This document shows positions 1 to 13,693 of a DNA stretch of 64,000 bases, in pieces. The DNA comes from Tubulanus polymorphus (Eukaryota; Animalia; Nemertea), in contig NC_134032.1 in the NCBI RefSeq assembly GCF_964204645.1, positions 2,352,416 through 2,416,415 of the forward strand, in the 5' to 3' direction. A program made the translations under genes and the position numbers. The notes below the pieces were generated by a model. It did not search any database and was not told the origin of the DNA. It saw only the letters and a program-made list of their open reading frames with translations. Position 1 is the first letter of the stretch. Every line of letters starts with the position of its first letter.

Positions 1-165
1 CAATAGTTTTCAGACGCATCTTGCAGAGAGGGCATGATTTTGGGTGAAATGTGCGAACTTTAATTGATCGAACGAATAATTTAAAAAAAAACTATTCCTG
101 AGCTTAGATAGGACAACCCGATAATATTTGCCGAATCAAAACGTTTAGGCTGTTTAAAACATTTA

Positions 166-3100
166 TTAACGTAAGCGTTTAGTTTTTGCTCGTATGGATT
201 TCATATCGATAGTCAGTATTGTGTAAAGTAGGGGATTGAGGGACGAGTTGATCGGTAGGAAAAGAACCGCCAGCCAAGCCGCCACCTGATTCGGTATTTC
301 TACCCGTAATACCGCGCAAAACTGAACGATAATTAACGGCATCCAGCAAAATAAATTACAAAGATTTATCACCAAACTTCTACGTGCTAAAATCAGTTCG
401 GTAGGGTCAATTCTACCCGATCCAGACCTGCTTCCAGAGACGAGTCTGTACATTTGCGCATAAGTCGTCATTATCGTAGCGAGTATGAAGGTGTTGAATA
501 CGGCAAAAATTGCGAAGGAATATTGCCAGGCGTTGACGTCAATTGATATTAAATTCATAGGTAAACAAACTCCAGTTTTTCCGTAGAATTTAATACCGAA
601 ATAAGATAATTCTGACAACGGCAATATGGAGATTGTACTTATAGTAACCCAACACACGCCACAAATAATGGACACGTATCTCGGTGATGTAATCGGGCTT
701 CCAGAAAATGGATTAACGATATTTGAAAATCTATGACGTGTTAGAAAGAATAGAAACGTCAACGAGCCTTCGCAAGAAATAGTGACCGTAACTCCAGCGA
801 AACTGCACAATGAACTGTCCGTCCAAGTTTCAGAATTCAGGAAATAAACTCCTTTAAAAACGTAATCCGCGCCCGCGATCGAAAACAAATAAATCGACAT
901 GAGAAAATCACAAGCTGCGATATTAATAATTAGGATGTCGGAAGATGTGTTGCGCTTTTCGGAGGATGAAAGTCGAATTGATCGAAGACGAAATAAAATG
1001 ACAATTGTGTTCGCGAAGAAACTGAACGCGGCGATGACCCAGATGATAGCTCTGAGGACTGTGTTACCCATCAGATCAGAACAAGAGGAAAACTGATCAG
1101 CTTTAGGAAGGCACCGGTCGACATTCGGAGCCATGCAGCAAAATTTGTAAGCGTCAGACGATAGAGATACTAGCGATGTCAGATTGATGAAAACTTCTCT
1201 TTCTGTGGAAATGAATTGAGAATTGTTGGTTAAATCGAGAATTCTAAGTTTATTTAATCCTGAAAAAGCATATCGTGAAATATGATGGATTCTGTTGCTG
1301 CTGATATTCAACGACTGTAATGTAGATAATCCTCTAAACACATTTCTACCAAGCAGCAATAGCGAAAGCCCTTGAAGGTTCAGAATTTGTAATGACATTA
1401 AATCTCGAAAGGTATTGTCGTCTAAATGGCGTAGTGGATTTGCAGTTATCAATAACTCTTTTAAATTATACAAACCGATGAATGTGTTTGTGGATAATGA
1501 CGTTATGTTGTTGTATGTAAGATCTAATGTATGTAAATTATGCAGGTTTGTGAACGAGTTCGGTAAAATATGAGACAATTCGTTGGAAGAGATGTTGAGC
1601 ATTCGAAGATAAACGAATGAAGAAAACGTCGATTCATTGAATCGAAATTCGTTTTTTGACAGAATTAAAACTCGAGTTGATTCCGAGAAAAGACCAGTAA
1701 TATTTGTTAAACCGGCATTCGCGCAATCAATCAAATGACCTTGGCATCTACAGCCCATCTGACACGTGACGTTACAGAAAGCCTCGTCATCAATTGTGAA
1801 TTTACAATTTACGACACCATCACAAACTTCAGATTGTGGAATACATCGATTTTCGTGGCCACATTTAAACATTCCTGGACACGAAAATGTCTCACAGTTT
1901 TGTTCATCTTCTGAATTAGGACAATCTGATTGACCATCACACACCTGTCTGATCGGTATACAGTACGATGCTGGACATTTTACAGTATCAGCTGGGCATT
2001 CAAATTCTTCACATCTCAATACGTGCTCAAAATTTCTACAAACTGGGAAACCATTCGTCATTCTTTCTAGAATACATCTGTGACGTCTTGAATAGCAGTG
2101 AGGAGAATTGAAAGAACATCTTTGTTCATCTGATTCCGTACAGAGATTTGTGAAGTTAGTCGTGCAGTAGTTTTCATTATTGCACTGAACAGTAGGATTC
2201 ACTGTAATACTAGTTGTTGTTACTAATTCATCTTCTTCGAGGCTTCCACTACAATCCACGACACCATCCTGGTACAACTGAGAACTGATACAGTCTCCAC
2301 TGTTACACTGGAACCCCTGACACAATTCAGTAGTGCATCCCATTTCATCTGATCCGTCTTTACAATCAGTGACTCCATCACATCTGTTAGCCATACTGAT
2401 ACATTGACCACTTTTACAGCTAAATCGTTCAGACAAACACGGGGGATGAAAACAAGATTCCTCATCCGAACCATCCACACAATCTTGTACGAAATCACAA
2501 AAACCACTTATTGATATCACCTGACCATCATCGCATTGAAACTGACTGTGTAGATTTATATCCGTACAATCGATTTCATCTTCACCGTGTTGACAGTCGT
2601 GTCTGGTATCACATACGCGATGGTTGCTGATACATCTTTGATCGTTACATTTAAACTGCCGCGATTTACAACCGCTTATAGAAGCTGACTCGTCATCAGT
2701 TACATTGAACGAACACAAAACAGAATGCGCTGTATCTGTCGCATTATCAAAATATTTCATCATCCATTTAACTGATTGAATATAAGTTATTTCATCTCTA
2801 GTGATTATTGGGTTTATAACTTGCAGTCTGTCATTAGACGTTATCGTTAGTACAGAGCCATATTGATGTTGATATTGAAATGCTGTTATCAAATTTAAGA
2901 TATCTTTTTCAGTATTACTGTTAATACTACCTACTTCGGCCCGGACGCCATTACACATCTCTGTCGCAGTTTTTATATCAAGACCTCGATGTTTGTTCCA
3001 TTGCGTCAGTATTTGATAGCATTGTCTGCCTATGCTTACCAAACCAATCGTACAGCTCGATTCATTGAAATCAATATCTTGAAATGTATTTTCCAGTATT

Positions 3101-6100
3101 AGAAATGTGTCGTTTTTGGTTATATTTAACATTGTTGCTGTTCTATTTTCGTTATCAATCCTTTCCGATTCGCAAATAAAACTCGTATGAACCTCTTCAA
3201 TTTTGCAGGGGAATCGAACCCAGTTCGCTGATCCTCGTGGATTATTCAGTATCATCGCCGTGCACGGCATATTGACGTCATTTATCGGTTGTTTTCTGAG
3301 AGGAGATATCAATCCTTGAACAACTTCTGGTATCGTGTCGTTATTTGTAGGTTTATACCACTCTGTGTAGCTCAATGGTTTCCCATCAGTCCACGTGTAG
3401 TAACCAAAAGTAGGCTAAAAGTTTAAGTTGCAAATTCATGATTAAAACATCAAAATGGTATATAAAATTCTTTTAACGAGATGGATTTTAGAAATTAAGA
3501 ATTTTACCTGCATTTTTAATCCAATCATCATTATGAGCGCTTTCTGTGAATAGGCATTTAGAAGAAGTTCTGTTGCGAATAATCTTTTGATGGAAATCAT
3601 TTCCTGTTCTGAGTTGATACTGAGTAGATGTCCCGCATACTTCTGTCTACAGTATATTTCAGCGTTCTCCCAATTCAGACGTTCATCTCTTATGTATTTT
3701 ACGCATGAAATTCCCGAATCTAGAAATCCCGATTTACAGACATTTTCAAACTGTTTAACCGGTAACGACTGTTCTAATGTGTATTGTATTTGAAATGTAG
3801 GGATGAAATGTTTCACCTCAAACCACAGGTTGTCATCTCTTAAACTATAAAACACAAGTCCCGTTATCGCGTTATTGTCACATATTTTATGCTCATGTGT
3901 GATTCTTCTAGTATCCGATTCATATATCGATTGTTTGTAGATTATCGGATCATTGTCTCTTGCACCCGATTTCGTGCACAGTACCCTGCCTATGTATTTG
4001 ATTAGAAACCGGTGGTAGGAAAATTTGCCCCGCCTGACCACTACAGGATAGTTATAATATAGCGGTTGATGTTGATACTCAGATGATCCCGGATAATTTG
4101 GTGACTGCAACAACCCGCATTCATCTTCGAATACGCTCCCATGCACATACGCTTCTATAACGGCAGATTTCAATTTTTGACATTTACTCCGAAGTTCAAC
4201 CATTAAATAATAATTCCAGAATAAACTCGCGGTTCGCATTTTCACAGTGTTTAATACCAGGCTGTTATTGAGCGACTGACTAATCAAGCTAACGTACGTA
4301 CCACATGACCCGAATGGTATAGCACCCTGAAAACATCGGTCGATTTGATATTCGTGTTCTGATAATATGTAAATGTTTCTCAAAGGTAGGCGTCGGTTTT
4401 CGGGTGTTATCACGAGACAGTGTGACGTCATATCGACCTGCTGTTCTCCCTCCCGGAGGATGTACCCGTCACAGTCGGTAGGACGAAATCTGAGATATGA
4501 TTCTTTTTCAACGGTCAACTGGTCATTCCACTTATACGCGTATGCTGCTACAGTTACCGACCAACCGGATGTAATCAGACTGACGACGTTACGGTCGTAC
4601 GGGTCGTATAAACGAGGACAATACGGACCGTATCGTCTAGCCGTGAAATTACCACCGTCGAATATGTAAAATCCAGCTCGCTCGCAGTTCTCTGATAAAA
4701 CTGTTAGTCCCATATTCTCTTCATAAATGTCAACTTTCCATTTAAACTCGTATCTAGTGATGCGATAATTTACCGATACTTTTTTTTGTTTCGGAAACAG
4801 TGAGTTTGGCGTCAAAAACGGCAACTGGTTCACCTAAAGTTCGTCAATAATAAGTATATCAGACAGATTTTTGATAATATATGTTATTTCGGTACGGGGT
4901 AACATAATTACAGAGGTTATACTCACCCGACGGTTGTTGACCTTGATATCGTCTATCGAAATAGATTCCATTTTATAGCTTATTTCAAATCTTACATCAT
5001 CGTGAACTGTTGTTTTTAAAACGCACAGTATGACGAGAAAGCCGTCAGATTTGACACTCAGTGATTGCAGGTAGTTGTGACCGAGTAAAACATCAGTTCC
5101 TACAACGCGTAACCCTTCTAGTTTATATACACCAATGACGTCACCGGATGTGACGAGATCACGTGTCCAGTTAAAGACGACGTACTGTAACACCTGTCCT
5201 GTGATAGACCAGCAGTGTAAGTGTTTTGATCGAGTTGTTACGTGTAAACTGTTGTCATCGGGAATGAGCACTCCCGACTCGTTGTTAGAGATCTGAATCA
5301 ACCGATTAGCGACGTTCCAATCTGATATTTTATACAATTGGACTAAAAGCAGTGATTGCACAGTTGTCTTCCGTAAAACGAATACAGCTTTGTTTGTTTT
5401 AGAATAAAATGATGAAGGTGGATGTCCAGATTGTTGTGGTATTAAAGCGAAAGGATCACTGCTGGTGTTCCATCCGTCGTGGAGTTTAATGGACACCGAT
5501 GATGATTCCCCAAATCGGTAGAATGTGAAATCGATATCAATTAACGTAAGATTCATCGCATAACCTCGCGGCATCCCGCTCCACTCAACAAACAACTTGC
5601 AATTACGTAATTTATGAATCGCGAATTTATAACCCCGCTCAGCTTTTAGCCGCTCCAATTTTAAATCGAATCTTGAACCGTCGTGGAAAATATTTATTTG
5701 ACTTCGCCCATAACGATAAATGACATAAACGCGACTACCTCGCGCTCCAGCGACTTTACTCCTAAACATCAACGAGATCGAATCGTCACGGCGGATTTCA
5801 TGTTTTCCATCACCGCACAATCTGTTATCGGACTCACTGACGAGAAGGTAGTTATCACCACAGAATATTGACAGCTCGATATCATGGTAAACTTGGACGT
5901 GAAAAGTCCCCGGTAAAGAGCTGTTGATGAACCACCGACATTCAACACCGCGCGATAACGAAGGGTAATTCGGCGAAACGATGTAACCGGACGTAGAATC
6001 TAACGGGTACCACGTATTGTTACAAGACGAACTTACCGTCACAGACGATTCCTCGATAGAGTCTGCTGTGCGATCAGCGCGCGCGATGCGAACTTGACAG

Positions 6101-6156
6101 ACGATCAGCGACGCTATAAACAGCGCTCTCAGTCGCCGCTCCATACCGAACAACAT
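166..6156 (-). CDS. GRL101-like LDLa-LRR GPCR with extended N-terminus (signal peptide, CUB, C-type lectin, ~6-7 LDLa, LRRs, 7TM); exons 6156-4927, 4833-3508, 3414-166; ~1930 aa
   Basis: Three same-frame ORFs join through two 93-nt phase-0 GT-AG introns (4926-4834, CGG|GTGAGT...TTTAG; 3507-3415, CAG|GTAAAA...TTTTAG). Motifs: signal peptide MERRLRALFIASLIVC; CUB SGYIVSPNYP..CRW; CTL WENAEIYC..GHLLSINS..IGL..WTDG; LDLa CD...DC.DGSDE; LxxLxLxxN repeats; hinge FCC..C.P..DQFSSCSDLM; TM7 NPLLY. Confidence 0.9.
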
Positions 6157-6411
6157 CGACACGATACGAATTATGCTCGGCTGTCCACAGATTTTGAAGT
6201 TCTGTTTATAACTGAACTTTAGATCACCTGTTTAGAACTTTACATGACTGCAGAAATAAAATGTTTGAACCACTCAGCAATTTAAGGATACGAATAAACT
6301 TTTCAGTCCATTATATTTTGCCAAAGGCGATTTTGGTATCATTTACTCGTGTAGTCATTATTTCACGTTTTCCCTGACTCGATGGTATCTATTTCTCAGT
6401 AATTACCATCA

Positions 6412-6568
<157 letters not shown>

Positions 6569-6879
6569 CAACAATTATCAATTATGTGCAACAATTATAG
6601 CTCGTGGATTTGCGCATCGTAGATATCCATGTCCAATTATATTTTGAACCTTTCGTCGTTGTAGATACTCGAGGGTATCTATTTCCCAGTAATTACCATC
6701 AGTGAATATATGTGCAACAATTTCAGCTCGTGGTTTTACGCATCGTAGATATCGATGTCCAATTATTTATTTTGAACCTTTCGTCGTTGTACTGCGTGTA
6801 TATCGAGCACACCAATCTGACTATATTCACGCCTGACAACTACGAAACTAGCAAACTTACTTAAATCTTATCGACGTCT

Positions 6880-7215
6880 TGGAAAAGTGGTTATAGCGTT
6901 CGACTGTGGTAGGCCAGGTCGTGGGGTCGAACCCCGTACATAACCGTAGTATCCGCGGGCGCTTAACACTTATCCGCATCGCCTCTCTCCACCCAGGGGT
7001 ATGTGGGTACCTGGCCTGACATGACGTTTGAGCGTCTAGTAACTGCTTGGATGTTATGTTTTTTCCCCAGAGTATTTATGTCTTTAATGTCTTTTTTTAC
7101 TCATAAATGGTTAGAGTTAAAGGCTGGGGGTAATAATACTGATTTAATAGCGAGCGCCATTGAACATTGCATCGCAGTGAAAAGGGCGCAATCGAAATTA
7201 AATTTTCATAAATTA
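6880..7215 (+). mobile_element. tRNA-derived SINE
   Basis: A-box-like AGTGGTTATAGCG and B-box-like GGGTCGAACCCC, followed by CCTCTCTCCACCCAGGGGTATGTGGGTACC, which resembles the conserved central segment of marine-invertebrate SINEs. 3' boundary approximate. Confidence 0.6.
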
Positions 7216-8291
7216 CTATGAAGTACTATTACTAAATCGGTATTTTCGCGAGGTATACATTGAGGTAGATACTCTTCGCGAGTTAAATTGAGGAGGGCCC
7301 AGTCCGTACGAAAAAAAACTCGCAGATACAAATACAAACTGTTATATTTTTGACCACGACTGCCAATGCGTTTGGGACGCATTGGCAGTCGAGTTTGATT
7401 AACAATCAATGTATAATCAAACTCGAATACGATTGGTTGCTTTTAGTGCTAGATACAAAACTTACTGTATGGAAGCCCTGAAACGACATTACGAATTACG
7501 TTTTACGTTTTACGAATTATGTTTTACGAATTACGTTTTGGGCAACGATTTACCACTACATTTCGGTTCAATTTATGACAAGAGGTCAAGGTTGTAGTGC
7601 ACTCTCCGTGAATAACAATTAAAAATTGCCACTTGGGTAGCTTACAGGCAGGAGGCAGCGCTGTAGTGTGATCGGTTGTAATTTTTTGCCGAATGCTTCC
7701 TTAACTGATAACGATGATGGATGACTTTGCAGTCCAAACGCTGTGCTTTCAAATTTAGATATAATTATTAAAAGCTAAGACTTGTTCTGGTCATTTGTTA
7801 CAATCGCACAATTGTATCCACACCGATATGGAGTCCAATTAAGCTTTTTTATATCTCCATGAACCCCGAATAATTTCCAGTTTTGCATCATCGTGTGCCC
7901 TTCCTTGCCAAACAGGACAGTGTCAGTGCTTGTAATTTATTAATTAATGAATCCGGGACTTTGTATGCAGGCTGAATCTCTATACTTTAAATCATTTGAA
8001 ATTATCATCAAGTCACTTTTTGACTTCCTAATTCCTCATTATTACTCTGATACTAAAAGAATGCATTCGAAACTCCGTCAATTTTACTATTGATATAGTG
8101 TTATTTCGAAATGCAAAATAAATTCAGTCAGATTTATTCTATCATTCGTCATGATTCGACTTCATTGCAAAGCCTGTGTTTTTCTGAAAACTCATGGAGC
8201 AATAGCCAAAAGCATGGAAGCCCTGAAACGACATTACGAATTACGTTTTACCAAATACGTTTTACGTTTTACGAATTACAAATTACTAGTT

Positions 8292-8866
8292 ACTTGTGTT
8301 CCGTGGTACCCAGTGACAATTAAACAACTTGTGTTCCGTGGTACTCAGTGACAATTAAACAACTTGTGTTTCGTGGTACTCAGTGACAATTAAACAACTT
8401 GTGTTCCGTGGTACCCAGTGACAATTAAACAACTTGTGTTCCGTGGTACCCAGTGATAATTAAACAACTTGTGTTCTGTGGTACCCAGTGACAATTAAAC
8501 AACTTGTGTTCCGTGGTACCCAGCGACAATTAAACAACTTGTGTTCCGTGGTACCCAGTGACAATTAAACAACTTGTGTTCCGTGGTACCCAGTGACAAT
8601 TAAACAACTTGTGTTCCGTGGTACCCAGTGACAATTAAACAACTTGTGTTCTGTGGTACCCAGTGACAATTAAACAACTTGTGTTCTGTGGTACCCAGTG
8701 ATAATTAAACAACTTGTGTTCTTTGGTACCCAGTGACAAGTGTTCTGTGGTACCCAGTGACAATTAAACAACTTGTGTTCTGTGGTACCCAGTGACAATT
8801 AAACAACTTGTGTTCTGTGGTACCCAGTGACAATTAAACAACTTGTGTTCTGTGGTACCCAGTGAT
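8292..8866 (+). repeat. 35-bp minisatellite (ACTTGTGTTCYGTGGTACCCAGTGACAATTAAACA), ~16 copies
   Basis: Head-to-tail near-identical units with no unique spacers. Confidence 0.95.
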
Positions 8867-9685
8867 AAACTATTTATCCATGTATTTTTCTATTTTATTT
8901 GGTTTTAGAATTTATTGTAAATAGGATTTGTCTCACGGCTCTACAGCTCTTCTACGAAGTTAGAAACTTGACCTTTTAAACGTTTCGGCGTGAAAGTCTT
9001 GTTGATAGGCTAAGGCGCGCACGTGACCTAACGCGCACCTGCTGGTAACGCTTTAAAGCTGAAGAAACCGGGCTTTGGCATTCGTATTTGAGCGTACATA
9101 GTACATGAATGGATAGGCATATATTAATTCGTAACCAGTATAGATCGCTTCCTGAAGACCCGAGGTACCTCGCGGTATATTGTTTGAGACTTTAGTTCGT
9201 GGTGGAGAAACCGTGACAACCTGCTCCGAAATCGTAAGTAATTTTTTGATAATTTAGGCATCTCCAAATGCCAAGCTATTCATAGTTTAATGCCAAAGCG
9301 AACATTAAAACATAATACTTCATAGTGGATTCCGATTTAGCGAGGTAGATCATAAAAAGATGAAGAAATTGACATACAATAACCCCTATTGACGAATTAG
9401 GGCTTCAGAGATTTTTTGACGCTCGTAAATTTGTACCTCGTAAGAATTCGACCGATTTTATAGAGCGGCCACTTTCCGGCCCCTAAAATGATTTCCCCTC
9501 CCATGTATTTCCTCTTGGAGTAGAATAATGGTGCTCTCCTATTTTTTTACAGAAATTTGATATATAAGAAGCCCAGAAATACCCGATGAAAAGGCCTAGA
9601 AATTTTATTTAGTGAAATGAAGTACATTTATTTGACCAGATATTTATTCTTTCATTTTTAGCATGATTAGTACTGACCGTTAGGA

Positions 9686-12600
9686 ATGTCTGCTGCTGAG
9701 CAAGCCACTGGTAAATATATCAAATTTTTTAAACTTGAGATTAAGATTAAGGCAATATGAAAACATTAAGATGCACTATATTTCTCTTTTTACAGCATCA
9801 AAAAAGCGCTCAGTAAATCTCACTACCAAGCAAGGTGCCCATTCGAGAAAGAAGTACTTCGGAAGTTCCAGAAAAAAGCGTAGGAGTGAGTCTTATATCT
9901 ATATTTTTTGGAATGTTTTTATTAAAGAATTAAAATTCATTACACATGTTAGAAATTTTGGTTATTCGTTAGTTGATTGTGAGGTTTACAAGTTTTTTTA
10001 TATTTCGAACTCTGATTGAGTGACTGTCAATCAAATGACTTAAATGAAAGGATAACGACAATGAGGATAATGCAAGTATAAGTATGAGGATAATGCAGGT
10101 ATGATAAATATGTTGTTCTCTATTAAACCCCTGAGGCCAGTTTCAGTTTCTCTGTTTAAGGTGGTACAGGTTTATTCGGTACAGGTTTATTTTTTACTAA
10201 CATCTGCAAAAAATATGAGACAAATATTTCTGATTCTGCTCAATTCAACACATATTTCATTCAAATAATGAAGGTCTTTGAAAGGACCCATTTTCTACAA
10301 TCATATTTATTCTTCCCTCTTAACATTTCCCTAGGAACAAAAACTAGGGACATAGTTGCAAATTCAACATTTGAAGAAAGCCAGAGTAGTGAATTTACGG
10401 AAAGAGAGGAAAGCTCGACTAATGACGATATTTTGCTGGAAAATCCACTCGAGATATCTGCTGTTGATGGTGTAGATGGTGTAGATTTGTCTGATATTGA
10501 TGTCCTCCTCCAGTGTAGTGATCTAAATTCGGTTTCCTTATGTTCAATATCACCTGTTAAGTCTCATTGTCAATGTTCTTGTCATCCTGATTTGATTACC
10601 ATGAAAGAGAAAATCGATGAATTATCCGACCAAATTCGACAGAAGAATGAAGAAATTCAAAATTTGAAAGCGAAACTTGAGCAAATTTATTCACAAGATT
10701 TATTAAAAATTGACACAGATTCATCAAACTTAGAAACATTTGAAGCTACTCCCCTTGTTACTAGTTTTCGCAGTAAAAGCAGTTGTTACACCAAATTAGA
10801 ACATCCAACAATTAATTCCAGTTCAGCCTCAAAGAAAACTCTTGACTCGAGAGCAAGAAAATTGAAACTTGTTTTGGATAAATTATCCTCTATTTCATCG
10901 TCAGGCAATGATATGGCTGTAACATTATCTTGTTTCATGAAAAGGTATCCTGATTTAGTCAAAAAGGCTCTGGAGTTGGCCGGTATCGCAACTGTAAATC
11001 AATTAGATCCAACTCAAGTAATAGAATTGAAATTAAATTTGAGACTACCGATGAATAAGTTACTTGAACTTAAAAAAATCTTGAAACATTACAATATTCA
11101 GATTTTTCCGTCTAGTCGAAATATTAGACAAGAGCTTGCAGCCAGACAAGAGTCGTTTTCTACATTCATTGAAGCTGGTGAAATAGAACTGGAAATTAAT
11201 AGCAGAACGCATGAAAAGCAATTGTCAGCGTTTGTTTCTGTGACATCAATAGAGCTATTAATACAAAAGTCAGTAGAAAAACTGATAATGAAAAATCAGT
11301 TAAATAGGTCCCCAGAATTTCATGACGAAATATGGGCAAAGATCGGGGTGGATAAAGGGGGCGGTAGTACAAAGATGGTACTAGCCATCATAAACGGACC
11401 ATCCCCGAATAGTCCAGATCAAACGCATTTGATCAGTTTTTATGAAGGGGTTGACTGTTTGGAGAATTTGAATAAGGTTTTTGGAAAATTCCAGGGTGAA
11501 ATTTCAACTGTCAAAACCATCATCGTTTTTGATCAAGAAATTACCGTTAGACTATTTCTAATGGGGGACCTTCATTTCCTTTGCCAGATGATGGGCCATC
11601 AAGGCAGCGCATCATCTTATCCATGCCTATGGTGTGAGGTAACACTCCATGATTTGCGCAAAAAAGATGCAACACCTCATACCCCAACATTCAAGCAGTA
11701 CCAATCGCGTTCAATCGGGTCCTATTTAAGGAATGCACAAACTGCTGAAGCTACACCACGGGTTATTGGTGCGGAGACACAAAATATTCAAAGTAGTATG
11801 CTTTTCAAGCCCTCTGATTTAGGCCATCTAGTTCCTCCTGGTCTCCATGTTTCTCTTGGCTTAGGGTTAATGTTCTTCGAGATGCTAGAAAAACGTTGTT
11901 GTGAACTTGATGAATCTTCCCTCGGAGAACGTTTTCCCGAGCAATGGGAAGCATGGAGAGCAGCTTCAGCATCTGTAACTAGCTTGCAGGATGAACTGGA
12001 TAGCCTAAAACAGAAGTTACAATCTTGTCAAGAGCTAGTCGACTTATTGAAAAATGCAAAGAAAAAACGCTCTAGTCCATTAAACTGTGGGGCGCCGATT
12101 TGTATAATTCGTTCTATTGAGAATCCGCAGCCACATATATATTTGTATTGCACGAACTGCGAAGCACCATACCACAGCCAATGTGTTCAATCTGTATATG
12201 ATCCTGATATTTCTGATAGCGATTTCCTTTGTTTGAAATGTCGGCCACTTGCGGACAAAAAAATAACACCGGATAAATTCCTGAAACAAGCAGAAGAAAA
12301 CATGAGCAAAATCAAAGATATAGAAATTCCATCAATAAAAGTACTGTTAAATCCGAGAAGAACCAAGCTTAACCAAATATATAAGGACATAACCTTAGAG
12401 ATGGGACCAATACAAAAAGATCTAAATGAAAATCTTAAAAAGATAGGAGTCGACAGACAGGCATATCACTCGAATAGCTTTGTAGGAAACCATGTACACA
12501 AGTTGTTTAAAAAGGATGAGGAAAATGGAATTAACAATCCACAAATACTATTATCCTGTCTCAACAATTATCCGAATGACCGAAAGTTATTTTTGGATCT

Positions 12601-13054
12601 TTTCGAGAAGTTTCAAGATATCTATCAAGTATATTCAGCTTGTCGGTTTTTGTCCGAACCTGAAATAGAACATGTAGTGAACAGTATTCATGAATTTGGT
12701 ACATGGTTTCCTCAAAATTTCCCCACGGCGAATATAACTCCCAAATTGCATGTTTTGATCTATCACGTGCCTGAATTCATCCAAACATGGAAGTCATTGG
12801 GGCTCTTTGGAGAGCAGGGGCTTGAAAGCAAGCATGCGAGTATGAACCAAGATGCCAGAATCTATTCCTGTTTGCGGAACAGAGTAGTCCGCACAAAATT
12901 AATGTTTTTGAATCAAGGTCTCTACTCAACAAAATCACTGCACTTACACAAAATAATCCGGAAGTGTAACTGTGGAGGATTCTTCAAGAAAATGTCACCA
13001 TCGAGTAATACACGAACTTGCCAGAAATGTAGCAATGTCAGTGATCAGGTTTAA
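9686..13054 (+). CDS. RAG1/Transib/Chapaev-like DDE transposase with internal PHD finger; exons 9686-9710, 9796-9885, 10335-13054 (944 aa)
   Basis: Phase-1 GT-AG introns join in frame. Motifs GVDKGGG (D), MGDL (D), YPCLWC, PPGLH.SLG, FVGNHVHKL, PKLHVLIYHVPE and GEQGLESKH (E) parallel RAG1 D600/D708/ZnC2/ZnH2/E962. C4HC3 PHD at 12086-12241; basic NLS-like N-terminus; C-terminal CxC..CxxC. Confidence 0.88.
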
Positions 13055-13466
13055 CCTATAATGAGAAATATTTCTTCATGAGCTGAATATGCATTGATAT
13101 AAGTTTATTCATCATACTTGTTATAATGTTTAAAAACTTAAAATGCCGAAAATTTTGAGGAACTGTACCTTCGAAGCTAGCTTCCCAATCAGTTCCAGAT
13201 TCTCTAATTAGTTTTTGTTCTATGATGTAAATCACTGTTGCACGTCATAAATTTATGTAATTTCTGAAAAATAAAAGAAAAAACAAGCTGAAACTTATAA
13301 CCAGTTTTAGTTCATACTTAATTACTGATTCTCATTGACAGCCCTGCCTGATTCGGTCTTAAGTGATGACGAGAGATAAAACAAAATAGGGAGGGCAAGG
13401 GAGAGAGATGTAGCCTACAGCCAGCAAGCCTCTGATAGGCCTACCGCCCGCCCGCATCAGTATTAA

Positions 13467-13693
13467 GCTAGGGACACACGAGCGCTAGCGAATTCGCCGG
13501 CGAATTCATACACCCGATCGCCGGTGTAAATAATCGGCCGAAAATATTAAACATGTTTGATACGGGCGATTCGCCGGGCGATCGAGTCGGCCGACGAAAT
13601 CGTCGTCGCCGTGAGTGGCCACACGAGCGAATTTTTCGGGCGATTTATAAATTCGCCGCGATCGGGCGAAAATACGCTTGTGTGCCGCTACAT
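13467..13693. mobile_element. Palindromic MITE nested in element 1
   Basis: Imperfect terminal inverted repeats (GGACACACGAGCG / CGCTTGTGTGCC), GC-rich internal inverted repeats, TTAA on both flanks (13463-13466, 13694-13697). Confidence 0.6.

Noticed and set aside
4834-4836. In-frame TAG between two ORFs, suggesting readthrough or recoding
   Set aside because: The TAG is the AG acceptor of a canonical 93-nt intron.
8292-8866. 35-bp repeat array next to a nuclease/transposase, superficially CRISPR-like
   Set aside because: Units are contiguous with no unique spacers, there are no cas genes, the context is eukaryotic, and the array lies outside the TIR/TSD boundary.
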